From Nocardioides sp. (GTDB lineage Bacteria; Actinomycetota; Actinomycetes; Propionibacteriales; Nocardioidaceae), in assembly GCA_039914485.1 (NCBI GenBank), contig JBDSPC010000085.1, positions 1-47,872 on the forward strand: a stretch of DNA of 47,872 nt, read 5' to 3'. Below the pieces are notes generated by a model that was not told the DNA's origin, searched no databases, and worked only from the letters and a program-made list of their open reading frames with translations. The position numbers and the translations under genes are program-made. This document shows, piece by piece, positions 35,555 to 45,840 of this stretch (positions within the stretch are counted from its first letter, which is position 1; each line of letters starts with the position of its first letter).

Positions 35555-36873
35555 CAGTCCTCGGCTTCGACCGGCTCCGGATCAGCCTTTGCGACCGGGG
35601 CCGCGGGCTCGACGTCGCCGGCCAGCACGGCACCGGTGAGGGCGCCGGTCACGAGGGCCAGCTGCCAGGGGCGCGCGCCGTAGCCGGCCAGCTGGGTGCG
35701 GAGGGCGTCGGCCAGGTCGGCGGGTTCACGCGTGGTGGGCGGCGACCACATGGCGCGGCGCACGAAGTCGGGGGTGAGGAGGTTCTCCACCGGCAGGTGG
35801 TGCTCCTCGGCGAGCTTGAGCATGGACCCACGAGCCGCCTTGAAGCGGCGATCGGCGACGATGTCACGGTCGGCCCACATGCGCGGATGAGGGGGCCCGT
35901 CGACGCGCGGCGTGCGGGTCGGCATCTCCTCCTCGGGCATCTCGAGCGCGTCGGCCAGGGCCTGCACCCAGGCGCGGGAGTAGCGGTCGGCGCCGCGGCC
36001 GTGGAAGCCGGGAGTGGCCATCAGGGCCGCGCGGTCGGCCGGAAGGGCGGTCGCAGCGGCCACGATCGCGGCATCGGGGATGACGCGTCCGGGGGTGACG
36101 TCACGGCGGGCCGCGATCTCGTCGCGGGCCTCCCACAGCGCCTTGGCCGCGGCGAGCGAGCGGCGGCCCCGGAGTCGATGGACCCCGGACGTACGCCGCC
36201 ATGCGTCCTGTCGCACCGTGGGCTCGAAGTCGAGCAGGTGGTCGAACTCCTGTTGCGCCCACTTGGTCTTGCCGGTCTCGTCGAGCGCGTCAACCATCAG
36301 CTCGCGCAGCTCGAGGAGCACCTCGACGTCGAGGGCGGCGTAGTCCAGCCATGCCTTGGGCAGTGGCCTGGTGGACCAGTCGGCGGCGGAGTGCTCCTTG
36401 CGCATCCGCTGGCCCAGCAGGGTCTCGACGAGGGTGGCCAGGCCGACGCGGGGAAAGCCGAGCAGGCGGCCGGCGAGCTCGGTGTCGAAGAGCGACGCGG
36501 GGCGCAGGCCCACCTCTCGCAGGCACGCGAGGTCCTGGGTCGCCGCGTGCAGGATCCACTCGGTGCCCGCCAGCGCCTCCTGCAGAGGGGCCAAGTCGTC
36601 GAAGGCGATCGGGTCGATCAACCAGGTGCCGGCACCTTCGCGGCGCAGCTGGATGAGATAGGCCCGCGCGGAGTAGCGGTAGCCCGACGCCCGCTCGGCG
36701 TCGATCGCGACCGGACCGGTGGCCGCACCCAGCGCCGTACACGCTGCTTCGAGGGCCTCGACGGTCTCGACCACGTGGGGCAGGCCGTCGCGCAGGGTCA
36801 GCAGGGGTGCGAGTTCGACCTCGGGGGTGGCCTCGTCCTCGGGCTCAGTGGTGGGTGCGTCGTCCATCGTCAC
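35554..36873 (-). CDS. rnd: Ribonuclease D (3'-5' exonuclease + HRDC)
   Basis: AIDAERASGYRY, WILHAATQDL, FDTELAGRLLG, DWSTRPL, YAALDVE. Start GTG 36873 (GTGA overlap) or ATG 36867. Confidence 0.9.
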   Translation of the reverse strand: MTMDDAPTTEPEDEATPEVELAPLLTLRDGLPHVVETVEALEAACTALGAATGPVAIDAERASGYRYSARAYLIQLRREGAGTWLIDPIAFDDLAPLQEALAGTEWILHAATQDLACLREVGLRPASLFDTELAGRLLGFPRVGLATLVETLLGQRMRKEHSAADWSTRPLPKAWLDYAALDVEVLLELRELMVDALDETGKTKWAQQEFDHLLDFEPTVRQDAWRRTSGVHRLRGRRSLAAAKALWEARDEIAARRDVTPGRVIPDAAIVAAATALPADRAALMATPGFHGRGADRYSRAWVQALADALEMPEEEMPTRTPRVDGPPHPRMWADRDIVADRRFKAARGSMLKLAEEHHLPVENLLTPDFVRRAMWSPPTTREPADLADALRTQLAGYGARPWQLALVTGALTGAVLAGDVEPAAPVAKADPEPVEAED

Positions 36874-37487
36874 GAGCCGCGCTGACCGCGCCGACTCGGG
36901 ATCGCCGTGACGCCCTCCGGCACCGGCGGGAGTCCGGCCGACGTGCACAGCAGCTCCGCCCAGGCCTCGACGTGGGGACCGACGTCGAGCGGCTGGTCCT
37001 CGTCCTTGGCGATGGGGGTCCAGGACGCGCGGACCTCGATCTGCGCGGTGCCCTCCTCGTCGGACATGCCGCCGAAGCTCTCCGTCGAGACGCTGGTGAC
37101 AGTGCCGGACATCTCGGCGTACGCCGCACCGTGGGCGTCGAGGGCCTCGCTGAGCCACGACCAGCCGACCGCGGCCAGCATCGGGTCGGAGATCAGCTCG
37201 GGGTCGATCTCGGCGCGGGCATAGGCCACGCAGCGGAAGGTGCCGTTCCAGGCGTCGTTGCCGGCGGGGTCGTGCAGCAGGATCAGGCGCCCCGTGCCGA
37301 GGTCGACGTCGTCGACCGTGACGTCGGCCGACAGGGCGGAGGAGTACGGCGCAATGCGCTGTGGCGCCGGCATCTCCTCGCAGAAGACTTCCGAGCGGAC
37401 GGCGGCTGAGCGCATGCTGGCGACCGCCGCGCGGAACTCCGCGGGGCCGGCACCCGTCTCCGGATGCGTCTCATGACGCGCCACCAT
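36870..37487 (-). CDS. DUF3000 family protein
   Basis: PAPQRIAP, GRLILLHDPAG..W.GTFRCV, VGWSWL, SGTVT, IEVRASWTP; between hemE and rnd; TACTCT-N6-ATG. Confidence 0.88.
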   Translation of the reverse strand: MVARHETHPETGAGPAEFRAAVASMRSAAVRSEVFCEEMPAPQRIAPYSSALSADVTVDDVDLGTGRLILLHDPAGNDAWNGTFRCVAYARAEIDPELISDPMLAAVGWSWLSEALDAHGAAYAEMSGTVTSVSTESFGGMSDEEGTAQIEVRASWTPIAKDEDQPLDVGPHVEAWAELLCTSAGLPPVPEGVTAIPSRRGQRGS

Positions 37488-37559
37488 GGCCCCAGAGTAG
37501 GTCAGTGGCGCCAGATGGCGATGTGCCGCCACGCCGCCTGACCTGCGAAGATTCCACCC

Positions 37560-38615
37560 GTGACAGCTCCTGCCTCCAGCCCGCTCGCCGGCCCTCTGGC
37601 CAACTCTGCCTTCCTGGCCGCCGCCCGGGGCGAGACTCCCAGCCACACCCCCGTCTGGTTCATGCGGCAGGCGGGCCGCTCGCTGCCGGAGTACCTCAAG
37701 ATCCGCGAGGGCGTCGGCATGCTCGAGTCCTGCATGGACGCCGACCTCGTCACCGAGATCACGCTGCAGCCCGTGCGCCGCTACGGCGTCGACGCGGCCA
37801 TCTTCTTCTCCGACATCGTGCTGCCGCTCAAGGCGGTGGGTGTCGACCTGGACATCAAGCCCGGCATCGGCCCGGTCGTCGCATCGCCCGTGCGCACGCT
37901 CACCGACGTCGACGCGATCCCCGACCTGACGCCCGAGCACGTCCCCTTCATCACGCAGGCCGTCAAGCAGCTGGTGGCCGAGCTCGGTGCCACCCCGCTG
38001 ATCGGCTTTGCCGGAGCGCCGTTCACGGTGGCGTCCTACCTCGTCGAGGGCGGGCCCTCCAAGGAGCATGCGAAGACCAAGGCGATGATGTTCGGCGCCC
38101 CCGACGTCTGGGACGCCCTGATGCGCAAGATCGGCGGCATCGCCGCGGACTACCTCCGCATCCAGGTCGAGGCCGGCGCCAGCGCCGTACAGCTCTTCGA
38201 CTCATGGGCCGGTGCCCTGACCCCCGGCGACTACGCCGAGCACGTGATGCCGCACTCCGCGCGCGTCCTGGCGTCCGCCGGCGAGCTCGGCGTGCCGCGC
38301 ATCCACTTCGGGGTCGGCACCACCAACCTGCTCGGCCTGATGGGCGAGGCCGGCGCCGACGTGGTCGGCATCGACTGGCGTACGCCGCTGGCCGACGGCA
38401 TCGCACGTGTCGGTGACCGCGTCGTCCAGGGCAACCTCGACCCGACCCTGGTCTTCGCCCCGACGGACGTGATGACGGCCCGCGCCGCCTCGGTCATCGA
38501 GGAGGGGCGTGCGGCCAAGGGCCACATCTTCAACTTGGGTCACGGCGTGATCCCGTCGACCGACCCCGGCCAGCTCACGGCGCTGACGGAGTTCGTGCAG
38601 GCCTACCCGATCTAG
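37560..38615 (+). CDS. hemE: Uroporphyrinogen decarboxylase
   Basis: PVWFMRQAGRSLPEY, DAAIFFSDI, IGFAGAPFT, QLFDSW, IFNLGHG. Confidence 0.96.
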   Translation: MTAPASSPLAGPLANSAFLAAARGETPSHTPVWFMRQAGRSLPEYLKIREGVGMLESCMDADLVTEITLQPVRRYGVDAAIFFSDIVLPLKAVGVDLDIKPGIGPVVASPVRTLTDVDAIPDLTPEHVPFITQAVKQLVAELGATPLIGFAGAPFTVASYLVEGGPSKEHAKTKAMMFGAPDVWDALMRKIGGIAADYLRIQVEAGASAVQLFDSWAGALTPGDYAEHVMPHSARVLASAGELGVPRIHFGVGTTNLLGLMGEAGADVVGIDWRTPLADGIARVGDRVVQGNLDPTLVFAPTDVMTARAASVIEEGRAAKGHIFNLGHGVIPSTDPGQLTALTEFVQAYPI

Positions 38616-39532
38616 TCCTTCGGGACGGTCTTCCGGGCCGGCCGCGTCCGGGTGGTGACGGTGACCTTGGGCGCCGCGGGAGCGGCGGGTGGCTCGGCGA
38701 CTGGAGCCTCGACAGCCTCGGCGCGGGCGGGCCTGGCCTTCGCCGTCTTCTTCGCGGCGGGCGCCTTCTTCGCAGCAGCCGGGGGCTTCGACGCGGCGAC
38801 CTTGCGCGGTGACTTGAGCCGCACCTCGAGCCGCTTCGCGTCGCCGCGGGTCTCGAGGTAGGGCTGCGCCTGGACCAGCGCGGTCAGCTTGCTGTGCCCG
38901 AAGTTGCGCGGGTCGAAGGACGCGTGGGTGCGGGTGAGGTGGTTGCCGATCTGCGACACGGTCACCCAGCCCTCCTCGTCGGCCATCGCGTTGATCGCCT
39001 TGGTGATCGCGCTCTGCAGGTTGAGGGACGGCGCCTCCTGCGCCGCCTTCTCGTCGGCAGGCTTGTCCTCCGACTCCTCGGCCTCGGCCATCAGCACCTC
39101 GAGGGCGATGAACCGGTCGCACGCGTTCTGCAGCGACGACGGGGTGGTCTTGCGACCCAGGCCGTAGACCTTCTTGCCCGACTCGCGCAGTCGCAGCGCC
39201 AGGCTGGTGAAGTCGCTGTCGCTGCTGACGATCGCGAAGGCCTCGACGTTGTTGGCGTAGAGCAGGTCCATCGCGTCGATGATCAGCGCCGAGTCGGTCG
39301 AGTTCTTGCCGGTCGTGAACGCGGTCTGGTGCATCGAGCGGATCGCGCGCGCGTTGAGCTGCTTGGTCCAGCCGGTCAGATGCGGCGAGGCGAAGTCGCC
39401 GTACGCACGCTTGATCGTGGGCGTGCCGTACTTCGCGACCTCCTCCAGCAAGGCCTCGGCGTACTTCGCGGACGTGTTGTCGGCGTCGATCAGGACGGCG
39501 ATGCGGGTGCCCCCGTGGAGGTCGGATTCCAT
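38612..39532 (-). CDS. NYN domain protein with OST-HTH/LOTUS domain and Lys/Ala-rich tail
   Basis: AVLIDADN, KRAYGD, GKNSTDSALIIDAMDLL, VSSDSDFT, FDPRNFGHSKL; TAGGGT-N6-ATG. Confidence 0.9.
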   Translation of the reverse strand: MESDLHGGTRIAVLIDADNTSAKYAEALLEEVAKYGTPTIKRAYGDFASPHLTGWTKQLNARAIRSMHQTAFTTGKNSTDSALIIDAMDLLYANNVEAFAIVSSDSDFTSLALRLRESGKKVYGLGRKTTPSSLQNACDRFIALEVLMAEAEESEDKPADEKAAQEAPSLNLQSAITKAINAMADEEGWVTVSQIGNHLTRTHASFDPRNFGHSKLTALVQAQPYLETRGDAKRLEVRLKSPRKVAASKPPAAAKKAPAAKKTAKARPARAEAVEAPVAEPPAAPAAPKVTVTTRTRPARKTVPKD

Positions 39533-39609
39533 GGGTCGACCCTAGTCGCGCCCAGGGCGTCGCAGCATCAGCACGGACACCCGACGCCGTGTCACGTAGG
39601 CCTGATCGA

Positions 39610-40590
39610 TCAGGCGGTCGGCTCGGACATGGGGGCCGGGTCGGCAGGCTTGTCACGGCGAGCGCTGCGCCGTACGAGCAACCACACCGGCACTCCGAAG
39701 ATCGCGAGCACGATCGCGAAGGGGAGCAGCGCACCGACGATGGTGGCCATGGCGGCGGCGAAGGATCCGAGCGCCTTCATCCCGCCCTTGAGCCCGACGA
39801 GGAAGCCCGTCTCCCCCTTCTCCTTCTTCGGCTCCGGCTTCACGTCCTGCTTGCGTGCGATGTCGATGGTGATCGTCGAGTCGGTGGTCTGGTCGGAGAG
39901 GTAGGCCTGCTGCGACTTCAGCGAGTCGAGCTCGGCCTGCCGGCTCGTCAGCTGCGACTCGATCCAGATGATGTCCTTGAGCGAGTTGGCACGGGCCAGC
40001 AGCTGCTCGACCCGGCGCAGGCTGCCTTCCTGGGCACGCACCCGGACGTCGGTGTCGATCACCTGCGTGGTCACGTCGTCGCTGGTGACCTTGGACTGTC
40101 GCAGCTCGGCAGCCTTCTCCAGCGAGAGCATCGTCGCGGCGAAGGAGCTCGACGGCACCCGGATCACCAGTCGTGAGTACGTCGCCGTGCCCTCGTCATC
40201 GGTCTCGGTGTTCTCCTCGCTGATCGAGCCCTGCTGCGAGTCGACGATGCGCTGGACGTCGCGGCGGGCCGTGGCGACGTCGTCGCTGACCAGGGACACG
40301 GTGCCGATGGAGATGACGTGCCGCTCGATCGCCGGCGCCCGGGCGGCCGGGCTTGACCCGGGCTCCTCGCCGCTGAGCTCGCTGCTGGAGGAGTCGCTCG
40401 CCTTGTCCTGGAGTCCGGCGGCTCCGTCGCCGGCCGACATCTCCGAGGACGACACCGTGTCCGAGCCGCCTCCGTCCGAGGAGCTCTCGCCGGAGGAGGA
40501 GCAGGCGGCAAGCCCGGTCAGCAGGGCCCCCGTCATGGTCAGGGCAGCGATCGGGCCAGCGATGCGGCGGCCGCGGATGAGTGAGGTCAT
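39610..40590 (-). CDS. DUF4349 lipoprotein with C-terminal TM
   Basis: Lipobox LAAC; IRVP, DVTTQVIDTDVR, IESQLTSRQAELDSL; C-terminal hydrophobic anchor. Confidence 0.85.
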   Translation of the reverse strand: MTSLIRGRRIAGPIAALTMTGALLTGLAACSSSGESSSDGGGSDTVSSSEMSAGDGAAGLQDKASDSSSSELSGEEPGSSPAARAPAIERHVISIGTVSLVSDDVATARRDVQRIVDSQQGSISEENTETDDEGTATYSRLVIRVPSSSFAATMLSLEKAAELRQSKVTSDDVTTQVIDTDVRVRAQEGSLRRVEQLLARANSLKDIIWIESQLTSRQAELDSLKSQQAYLSDQTTDSTITIDIARKQDVKPEPKKEKGETGFLVGLKGGMKALGSFAAAMATIVGALLPFAIVLAIFGVPVWLLVRRSARRDKPADPAPMSEPTA

Positions 40591-40626
40591 GTCGCGTCGG
40601 ACGGCAACGGCCCCGAGGTCGGTTCC
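40591..40626 (-). promoter_or_regulatory. Putative ECF-sigma promoter GGAACC-N17-CGTC
   Basis: Minus strand GGAACC-gacctcggggccgttgc-CGTC-N9-ATG. Confidence 0.45.
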
Positions 40627-40680
40627 GTCCGGACGACCGCCGTGACCGAACCGTGACGGGCCTCATGCCAGAGTTGGCGC

Positions 40681-42015
40681 GTGATGTACGACGTCGTGGT
40701 GGTGGGAGCAGGCATCGCCGGCCTCACCGCGGCGCGTGACCTGGCGGCTTCCGGGCACGCCGTCCTGGTCCTCGAGGGGTCACCCCGGATCGGCGGCAAG
40801 CTGAGGCTCGAGTCCGTGGCCGGGGTCAGCGTTGACGTCGGTGCCGAGGCGATGCTGAACCGCCGGCCCGAGGGGGTGGCGCTCGCTCGCGAGCTCGGCC
40901 TGGACGTGGTGCACCCGTCGACCGCGACCTCGCGGATCTTCTCGCGTGGCGAGCTGCGACCGATGCCTCGCTCCCTGATGGGCGTGCCGTTCGACGTGGC
41001 CGACCTGGCTGCCTCCGGGGTGCTCTCCGACTCGGGCCTGGCGCGGCTCGTTGCCGAGACAGAGGTCGCCTTCGACGACGACGTCTCCGTCGGCGAGCTC
41101 GTGGCCGCCCGCCTGGGCGACGAGGTGGTGGAACGGCTGGTCGAGCCGCTGCTCGGTGGCGTCTACGCCGGTCGCGCCCGTGAGCTGTCCGCCGCGGCGA
41201 CCGTGCCGCAGCTGCTCGTCATGGCCCGTCGCGGTTCGCTCCTCGCGCAAGCAGCCGAGGTGCCGCGCAGCGACGTGCCGGTCTTCGCCGGGTTGCCCGG
41301 CGGGATGGGCCGGCTGCCCGACGCCGTGGCCGCGGGTCTCGAGGTCCGTCTCGACGCACCCGTGCGCGAGCTGCGCCGGGAAGGGGATGGCTGGTCGCTG
41401 ACCGTCGGGTCCACGCACTCGCCGTCGTCCGTCCTCGCAAGTCACGTCGTCCTCGCAACGCCCGCGTCGGCCACGGCCAGGCTGCTGGCCGACGCTGCGC
41501 CCGACGTCTCGGCCGACGTGGCCACCATCGAGTCGGCGAGCGTCGCCGTCGTGACCCTCGCCCTCCCGCGTGCCGCCGTCGCGCACCTGCGAGACCGGTC
41601 GGGCTTCTTGGTGCCGCCCGTCGAGCAGCGCGGGATCAAGGCCAGCACCTTCTCGTTCGCCAAGTGGGACTGGGTCGGCGAGGCCGGTGGCGAGCTGGCG
41701 ATCCTGCGCACCTCGCTGGGTCGCGTGGGGGAGGAGCAGTCGCTCCAGGCGACGGACGAGACTCTCGTCGCGAGGTCGCTCGCCGAGCTCGAGGAGCTGG
41801 CCGGCATCGTCGCCGTACCCGCCGACACGCACGTCCAGCGATGGGGCGGCGGCCTGCCGCAGTACGCCGTCGGCCATCTCGACCTCGTCGCCCGCGTGCG
41901 TGCGTCGTTGCCGTCGGGGCTGGCGGTCTGCGGCGCGTGGTGTGACGGAGTCGGCATCCCCGCTGTCATCGGGTCGGCCCGTCGCGCGGCGGCGGAGATC
42001 GCCACGGCAGAATGA
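40681..42015 (+). CDS. hemG: Protoporphyrinogen/coproporphyrinogen oxidase (HemY/HemG)
   Basis: [56 protein letters not shown]. Confidence 0.93.
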   Translation: MMYDVVVVGAGIAGLTAARDLAASGHAVLVLEGSPRIGGKLRLESVAGVSVDVGAEAMLNRRPEGVALARELGLDVVHPSTATSRIFSRGELRPMPRSLMGVPFDVADLAASGVLSDSGLARLVAETEVAFDDDVSVGELVAARLGDEVVERLVEPLLGGVYAGRARELSAAATVPQLLVMARRGSLLAQAAEVPRSDVPVFAGLPGGMGRLPDAVAAGLEVRLDAPVRELRREGDGWSLTVGSTHSPSSVLASHVVLATPASATARLLADAAPDVSADVATIESASVAVVTLALPRAAVAHLRDRSGFLVPPVEQRGIKASTFSFAKWDWVGEAGGELAILRTSLGRVGEEQSLQATDETLVARSLAELEELAGIVAVPADTHVQRWGGGLPQYAVGHLDLVARVRASLPSGLAVCGAWCDGVGIPAVIGSARRAAAEIATAE

Positions 42016-42020
42016 GCGGC

Positions 42021-42719
42021 ATGTCATCGAAGGCGGCCAAGACCAAGGAACTCAACGACACCATCCGCTACACGATGTGGTCGGTCTTCAAGCTCCGCGA
42101 CGTGCTGGGCGCGACGGATCGCGACATCGAGGCCTCCGAGGTCGAGGCGCTGTTCGCCTCCCAGGCCGAGGAGGACATCGTGGTGCGCGGGCTCTACGAC
42201 GTCAGCGGGCTGCGCGCCGACGCCGACCTGATGGTCTGGTGGCACGCCGAGGACAGCGAGATGCTCCAGTCGGCCTACAACACCTTCCGTCGCACGACCT
42301 TCGGGGCCCGCCTCGAGCCCGTCTGGTCGCAGATGGCGCTGCACCGCCCCGCGGAGTTCAACAAGTCGCACATCCCCGCCTTCCTGGCCGACGAGGAGAC
42401 GAAGGCGCACATCTGCGTCTACCCGTTCGTCCGGTCCTACGAGTGGTATCTCCTCGACGACGGCGAGCGCCGCGCGATGCTCGCCGAGCACGGCAAGATG
42501 GCTCGCGACTACCCCGACGTCCGCGCCAACACCGTTGCCTCCTTCGCGCTGGGCGACTACGAGTGGATGCTGGCGTTCGAGGCCGACGAGCTCTACCGGA
42601 TCGTCGACCTGATGCGGCACCTGCGTGGTTCCGAGACGCGTCGCCACGTGCGCGACGAGGTGCCGTTCTACACCGGCTCGCGGGTCACCCCGGCCGAGCT
42701 GATCGCCCGCCTGCCCTGA
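42021..42719 (+). CDS. hemQ: Coproheme decarboxylase (HemQ/ChdC)
   Basis: [53 protein letters not shown]. Start 42021 or 42012. Confidence 0.95.
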   Translation: MSSKAAKTKELNDTIRYTMWSVFKLRDVLGATDRDIEASEVEALFASQAEEDIVVRGLYDVSGLRADADLMVWWHAEDSEMLQSAYNTFRRTTFGARLEPVWSQMALHRPAEFNKSHIPAFLADEETKAHICVYPFVRSYEWYLLDDGERRAMLAEHGKMARDYPDVRANTVASFALGDYEWMLAFEADELYRIVDLMRHLRGSETRRHVRDEVPFYTGSRVTPAELIARLP

Positions 42720-42856
42720 GGTAGTCCGCCGGTTCCTTGGACCTGAGTCTCGAGAAGACTCAGGTCGTATCCCGGGCGTGTCGCGCTGCGGTTCTCGTCG
42801 TCCCGACAATGTGTAGTAACTTACGCGAGAATCATCAAGATGATGCAGGAGACGCC

Positions 42857-43230
42857 ATGACCACCTTCCCCACGGCCCGGGCCACCCGCCCGGTCAACCC
42901 GCCGTCCGTCGCCGCCCGGACGCTCACCGACGTGATGCGCAGCGAGACCTGCGTGCCCGACCTGCTGGCCGGCCTCGAGCACCGGGTGGCACGACCACGG
43001 GTCGGCCAGCGGTGCGTTCACGACGCTGCGCGGCAGCCTCACGGAGTACTCCTGGAACGGGTCGGTGCACGTGCGCACGCTCGCCGAGGGCAACGGGCGC
43101 CACTTCGACGCCAGCCACATCCACGACGTCGTCAACCTGGGCGCCGAGCCGGCCGCAACGTCCTCGAGTGGCGCTTCGACCCCCGCTCGAAGGCGCGCAT
43201 CGAGCAGGCGGCGTACGGCGCCCGCGTGAT
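42857..43230 (+). pseudogene. Collapsed relic of cysteine dioxygenase + rhodanese-like genes
   Basis: A start-less frame from about 42960 reads STGWHDHGSASGAFTTLRGSLTE..HIHDVVNLGAEPA (CDO cupin). Another frame then gives RNVLEWRFDPRSKARI..RVI (rhodanese-like). AGGAG RBS and ATG at 42857. Confidence 0.72.
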
Positions 43231-43257
43231 CGCCCGCGCGATCGCCGAAGCCCGCCC

Positions 43258-43292
43258 GGGAACCTGGCCCGACGGGCTATCGTCCTAGTCCC
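43258..43292 (+). promoter_or_regulatory. Putative ECF-sigma promoter GGAACC-N16-CGTC
   Basis: gggaacc-tggcccga-cgggctatcgtccta-gtccc-ATG; matches 12651-12685. Confidence 0.6.
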
Positions 43293-44186
43293 ATGACACG
43301 CACCGTCGTCGCGCTCGCCGCGCTGCTCGCCCTGTCCGCTCCTGTGCTGGGTGCCTGCAGCACCGAGGACCAGATGAAGGCGGTGGATCCCGCCGGCGAC
43401 ACGGACGTCGCCGCGACACCGAGCGAGTTCCCGACCGCCGTGCCCGCCGCATCCGGCCCCGTGACCACCAACGGCCTCGTCACCGTGCTCGACGACGGCG
43501 ACCGGCCGGAGCTGTGCACGTTCGTGGCCGAGTCGTTCCCGCCCCAGTGCTCGGGCACGCCGATGGCGTCGTGGGAGTGGGCAGCACACCCCGAGCACGA
43601 GGACCAGTCCGGCACCAAGTGGGGCTCCTTCGCCCTGACCGGCACCTTCGACGGCACCATGTTCGCCGTCACCGAGGCCATCCCGGCGGCGCTGTACGAC
43701 CCGATGAGCGAGTCACCGGACCCCGAGTTCACGACCCCGTGCGAGCCGCCGGCGGAGGGCTGGGGCGTGATCGACCCGGCCACGGCCGACCAGGAATCCA
43801 TGGACGCGACCTTCAACGCCGCGTCCGCGCTGCCCGGCTATGCGGGCGCGTGGATCGACCAGCCGGACGAGCCGGCTGCCGCCAACGACCCGACCAAGCT
43901 GATCATCAACGTCGCCGTCACCGAGGACGTCGCGGGTGCCGAGGCCAAGCTCCGGGAGACGTGGGGCGGTGCCCTGTGCGTCAGCAAGGCGGCGTACACC
44001 GAAGGCGAGCTCAACGACCTCGCCATGGAGCTGCAGAAGCTGCCGGGCGTCACGACGTCCTCGGCCGCCGACGACGTCGTGCAGATCGGCGTCCTCTTCG
44101 ACGACGGTTCCCTGCAGGACTGGGCCGATGCGGCGTACGGCGAAGGGCGGGTCGAGATCACCTCGACCCTCACCCCGGTCAGCTGA
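43293..44186 (+). CDS. Lipoprotein, hypothetical
   Basis: Signal peptide with lipobox LGAC; ELC..ESFPPQC, WGGALCV motifs. Confidence 0.8.
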   Translation: MTRTVVALAALLALSAPVLGACSTEDQMKAVDPAGDTDVAATPSEFPTAVPAASGPVTTNGLVTVLDDGDRPELCTFVAESFPPQCSGTPMASWEWAAHPEHEDQSGTKWGSFALTGTFDGTMFAVTEAIPAALYDPMSESPDPEFTTPCEPPAEGWGVIDPATADQESMDATFNAASALPGYAGAWIDQPDEPAAANDPTKLIINVAVTEDVAGAEAKLRETWGGALCVSKAAYTEGELNDLAMELQKLPGVTTSSAADDVVQIGVLFDDGSLQDWADAAYGEGRVEITSTLTPVS

Positions 44187-44192
44187 GAGGCG

Positions 44193-45824
44193 TCAGCAGA
44201 TGGTGAAGGGTGCGCCCGGCGGCAGACTGACCCGCAGCTCGACATCCGGAGCCGTGATTCCGAGGTAGAACTCGTCGGTGTCCGGGGCCGCCAGCGGGAC
44301 GGGGGCACTCGACAGCTCGCCGTCGCGCACCACCACGGTCGTGCCCGCAGGCTCGGCGAGAGTGATCCGGACCTGGGCGCCGGTCGGGCCGGACGGGATC
44401 TTCACCACGCCGTCCACCGTGCCCAGGCCGATCACGCAGTCGCCCGACGGGCTCGTGCTGATCGAGTCGAACGACGGCTTCGCGTCCGGCAGTCCGAGGC
44501 TCTCCGCCGCCGCTCCGACCTGGAGGGTCGCACGCGCCGTCAACCTCGCCCGGGGTGAGACCGCTTCGTCCGGCAGCGCCTCGGCCACCGAGTCGGGCGT
44601 GAGCTCGGCCGCCGAGAGGGACGCGTTCCACACCGGGTCGACCTGCTCGCGCAGCCGGGGTTCGCCCGACCGGGCCAGCTCGCTCGCGGCCAGCACCCGC
44701 TGGCGCAGGTCTGGAGTCATCGCGTCCCGAGCGACTCGGAAGTCGATCACCCCGAAGATGCCCGGCACCACGAGCAGCCCCAGCAGCACCGCCAGCACCA
44801 GGCCGGCCTCGACCACGCGCACGCGCAGCCGCTGCAGCAGCGCGTCGAGCGCCAGGGCCACCGAGGGCAGCATCAGGAGTGCGCCGAAGTAGGCATAGCG
44901 AGACGTGGTGGCAGCGTCGGGGCCGAAGGACCCGCGGGAGTAGGCGAACATCAGGTAGGCGACCAGCGCGGCCGCCCACCCCGACAGGGCCAAGGTGCGC
45001 CGGGGGGTGCCGGGCGCCAGTGCCACCGACGCCGCCAGCAGGCCGATGACGATCACCTGGCCGGAGCCGGCGAAACCGGACATGTTGTCCCAGGTGGCAC
45101 TCAGACCCCGCCACGCCATCGGGAGGACGTCGGCCAGCGGCGCCTTCGTGATGCCGGTGTCGGCTTCGTGGCCCCAGACGGCGAACCAGGCGGCGTACAC
45201 GATCATCGGCGGCACCGTGAGCACGAGCGCACGGCGCACGCCGTCGCTGATCAGCACGAATGCGCCGAGCCAGACCAGCATCGGGATGGACGTGCTCGCC
45301 GTCATCAACGACAGCACCGAGAGCAGCCAGACCAGGAGCACGGACCTGCGGCCCGACAGGCTGGTGGCCACCAGCAGTGCGGCCAGGCCGAGGGCGGCGG
45401 AACCGACCATGCCGACCTGGAAGGCCCAGAGCAGGTTCTCCGCGCCCGCGCCCAGGAAGACCATGACCGTGGCGACGCCCACGGCGATCCAGTCGTTGAC
45501 TCCGCAGCGACGCAGGACCACGAAGAGCAGCACGCACACGACGGCGTGCGCGATGATCGGCAGCACCGCGAAGACCAGGTAGTGCTGGAGTCCGACGACG
45601 GAGAACAGGACCCGGTAGATCAGGATCGGGACGGCGCTCCAGTGGTCGTTGTGCGGTGCCATCAGGTCGTGCACCGGGCGCTGCGAGAGGCTTCGCTCCA
45701 GCAGGAACATCCAGTCGTCACCGAAGAACCACAGGTGCCGCGCCTGGACCAGCAGGAAGACCGACCCCACCAGGACGAGCGCGAGCATCGTGGCGAGTGG
45801 CAGGCGCCCCCGCAGCCGCTGCAT
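44193..45824 (-). CDS. Polytopic membrane protein, possible GT-C glycosyltransferase
   Basis: First TM followed by WFFGDDW..PHNDHW, about 11 TM, SRY motif; directly downstream of sugar-nucleotide genes. Confidence 0.7.
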   Translation of the reverse strand: MQRLRGRLPLATMLALVLVGSVFLLVQARHLWFFGDDWMFLLERSLSQRPVHDLMAPHNDHWSAVPILIYRVLFSVVGLQHYLVFAVLPIIAHAVVCVLLFVVLRRCGVNDWIAVGVATVMVFLGAGAENLLWAFQVGMVGSAALGLAALLVATSLSGRRSVLLVWLLSVLSLMTASTSIPMLVWLGAFVLISDGVRRALVLTVPPMIVYAAWFAVWGHEADTGITKAPLADVLPMAWRGLSATWDNMSGFAGSGQVIVIGLLAASVALAPGTPRRTLALSGWAAALVAYLMFAYSRGSFGPDAATTSRYAYFGALLMLPSVALALDALLQRLRVRVVEAGLVLAVLLGLLVVPGIFGVIDFRVARDAMTPDLRQRVLAASELARSGEPRLREQVDPVWNASLSAAELTPDSVAEALPDEAVSPRARLTARATLQVGAAAESLGLPDAKPSFDSISTSPSGDCVIGLGTVDGVVKIPSGPTGAQVRITLAEPAGTTVVVRDGELSSAPVPLAAPDTDEFYLGITAPDVELRVSLPPGAPFTIC

Positions 45825-45840
45825 CTCTCTGCCGGTCAGA

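Noticed and set aside
42737-43288. Intact 183-aa protein
   Set aside because: Its middle is the off-frame reading of a cysteine dioxygenase fragment; better explained as a pseudogene.
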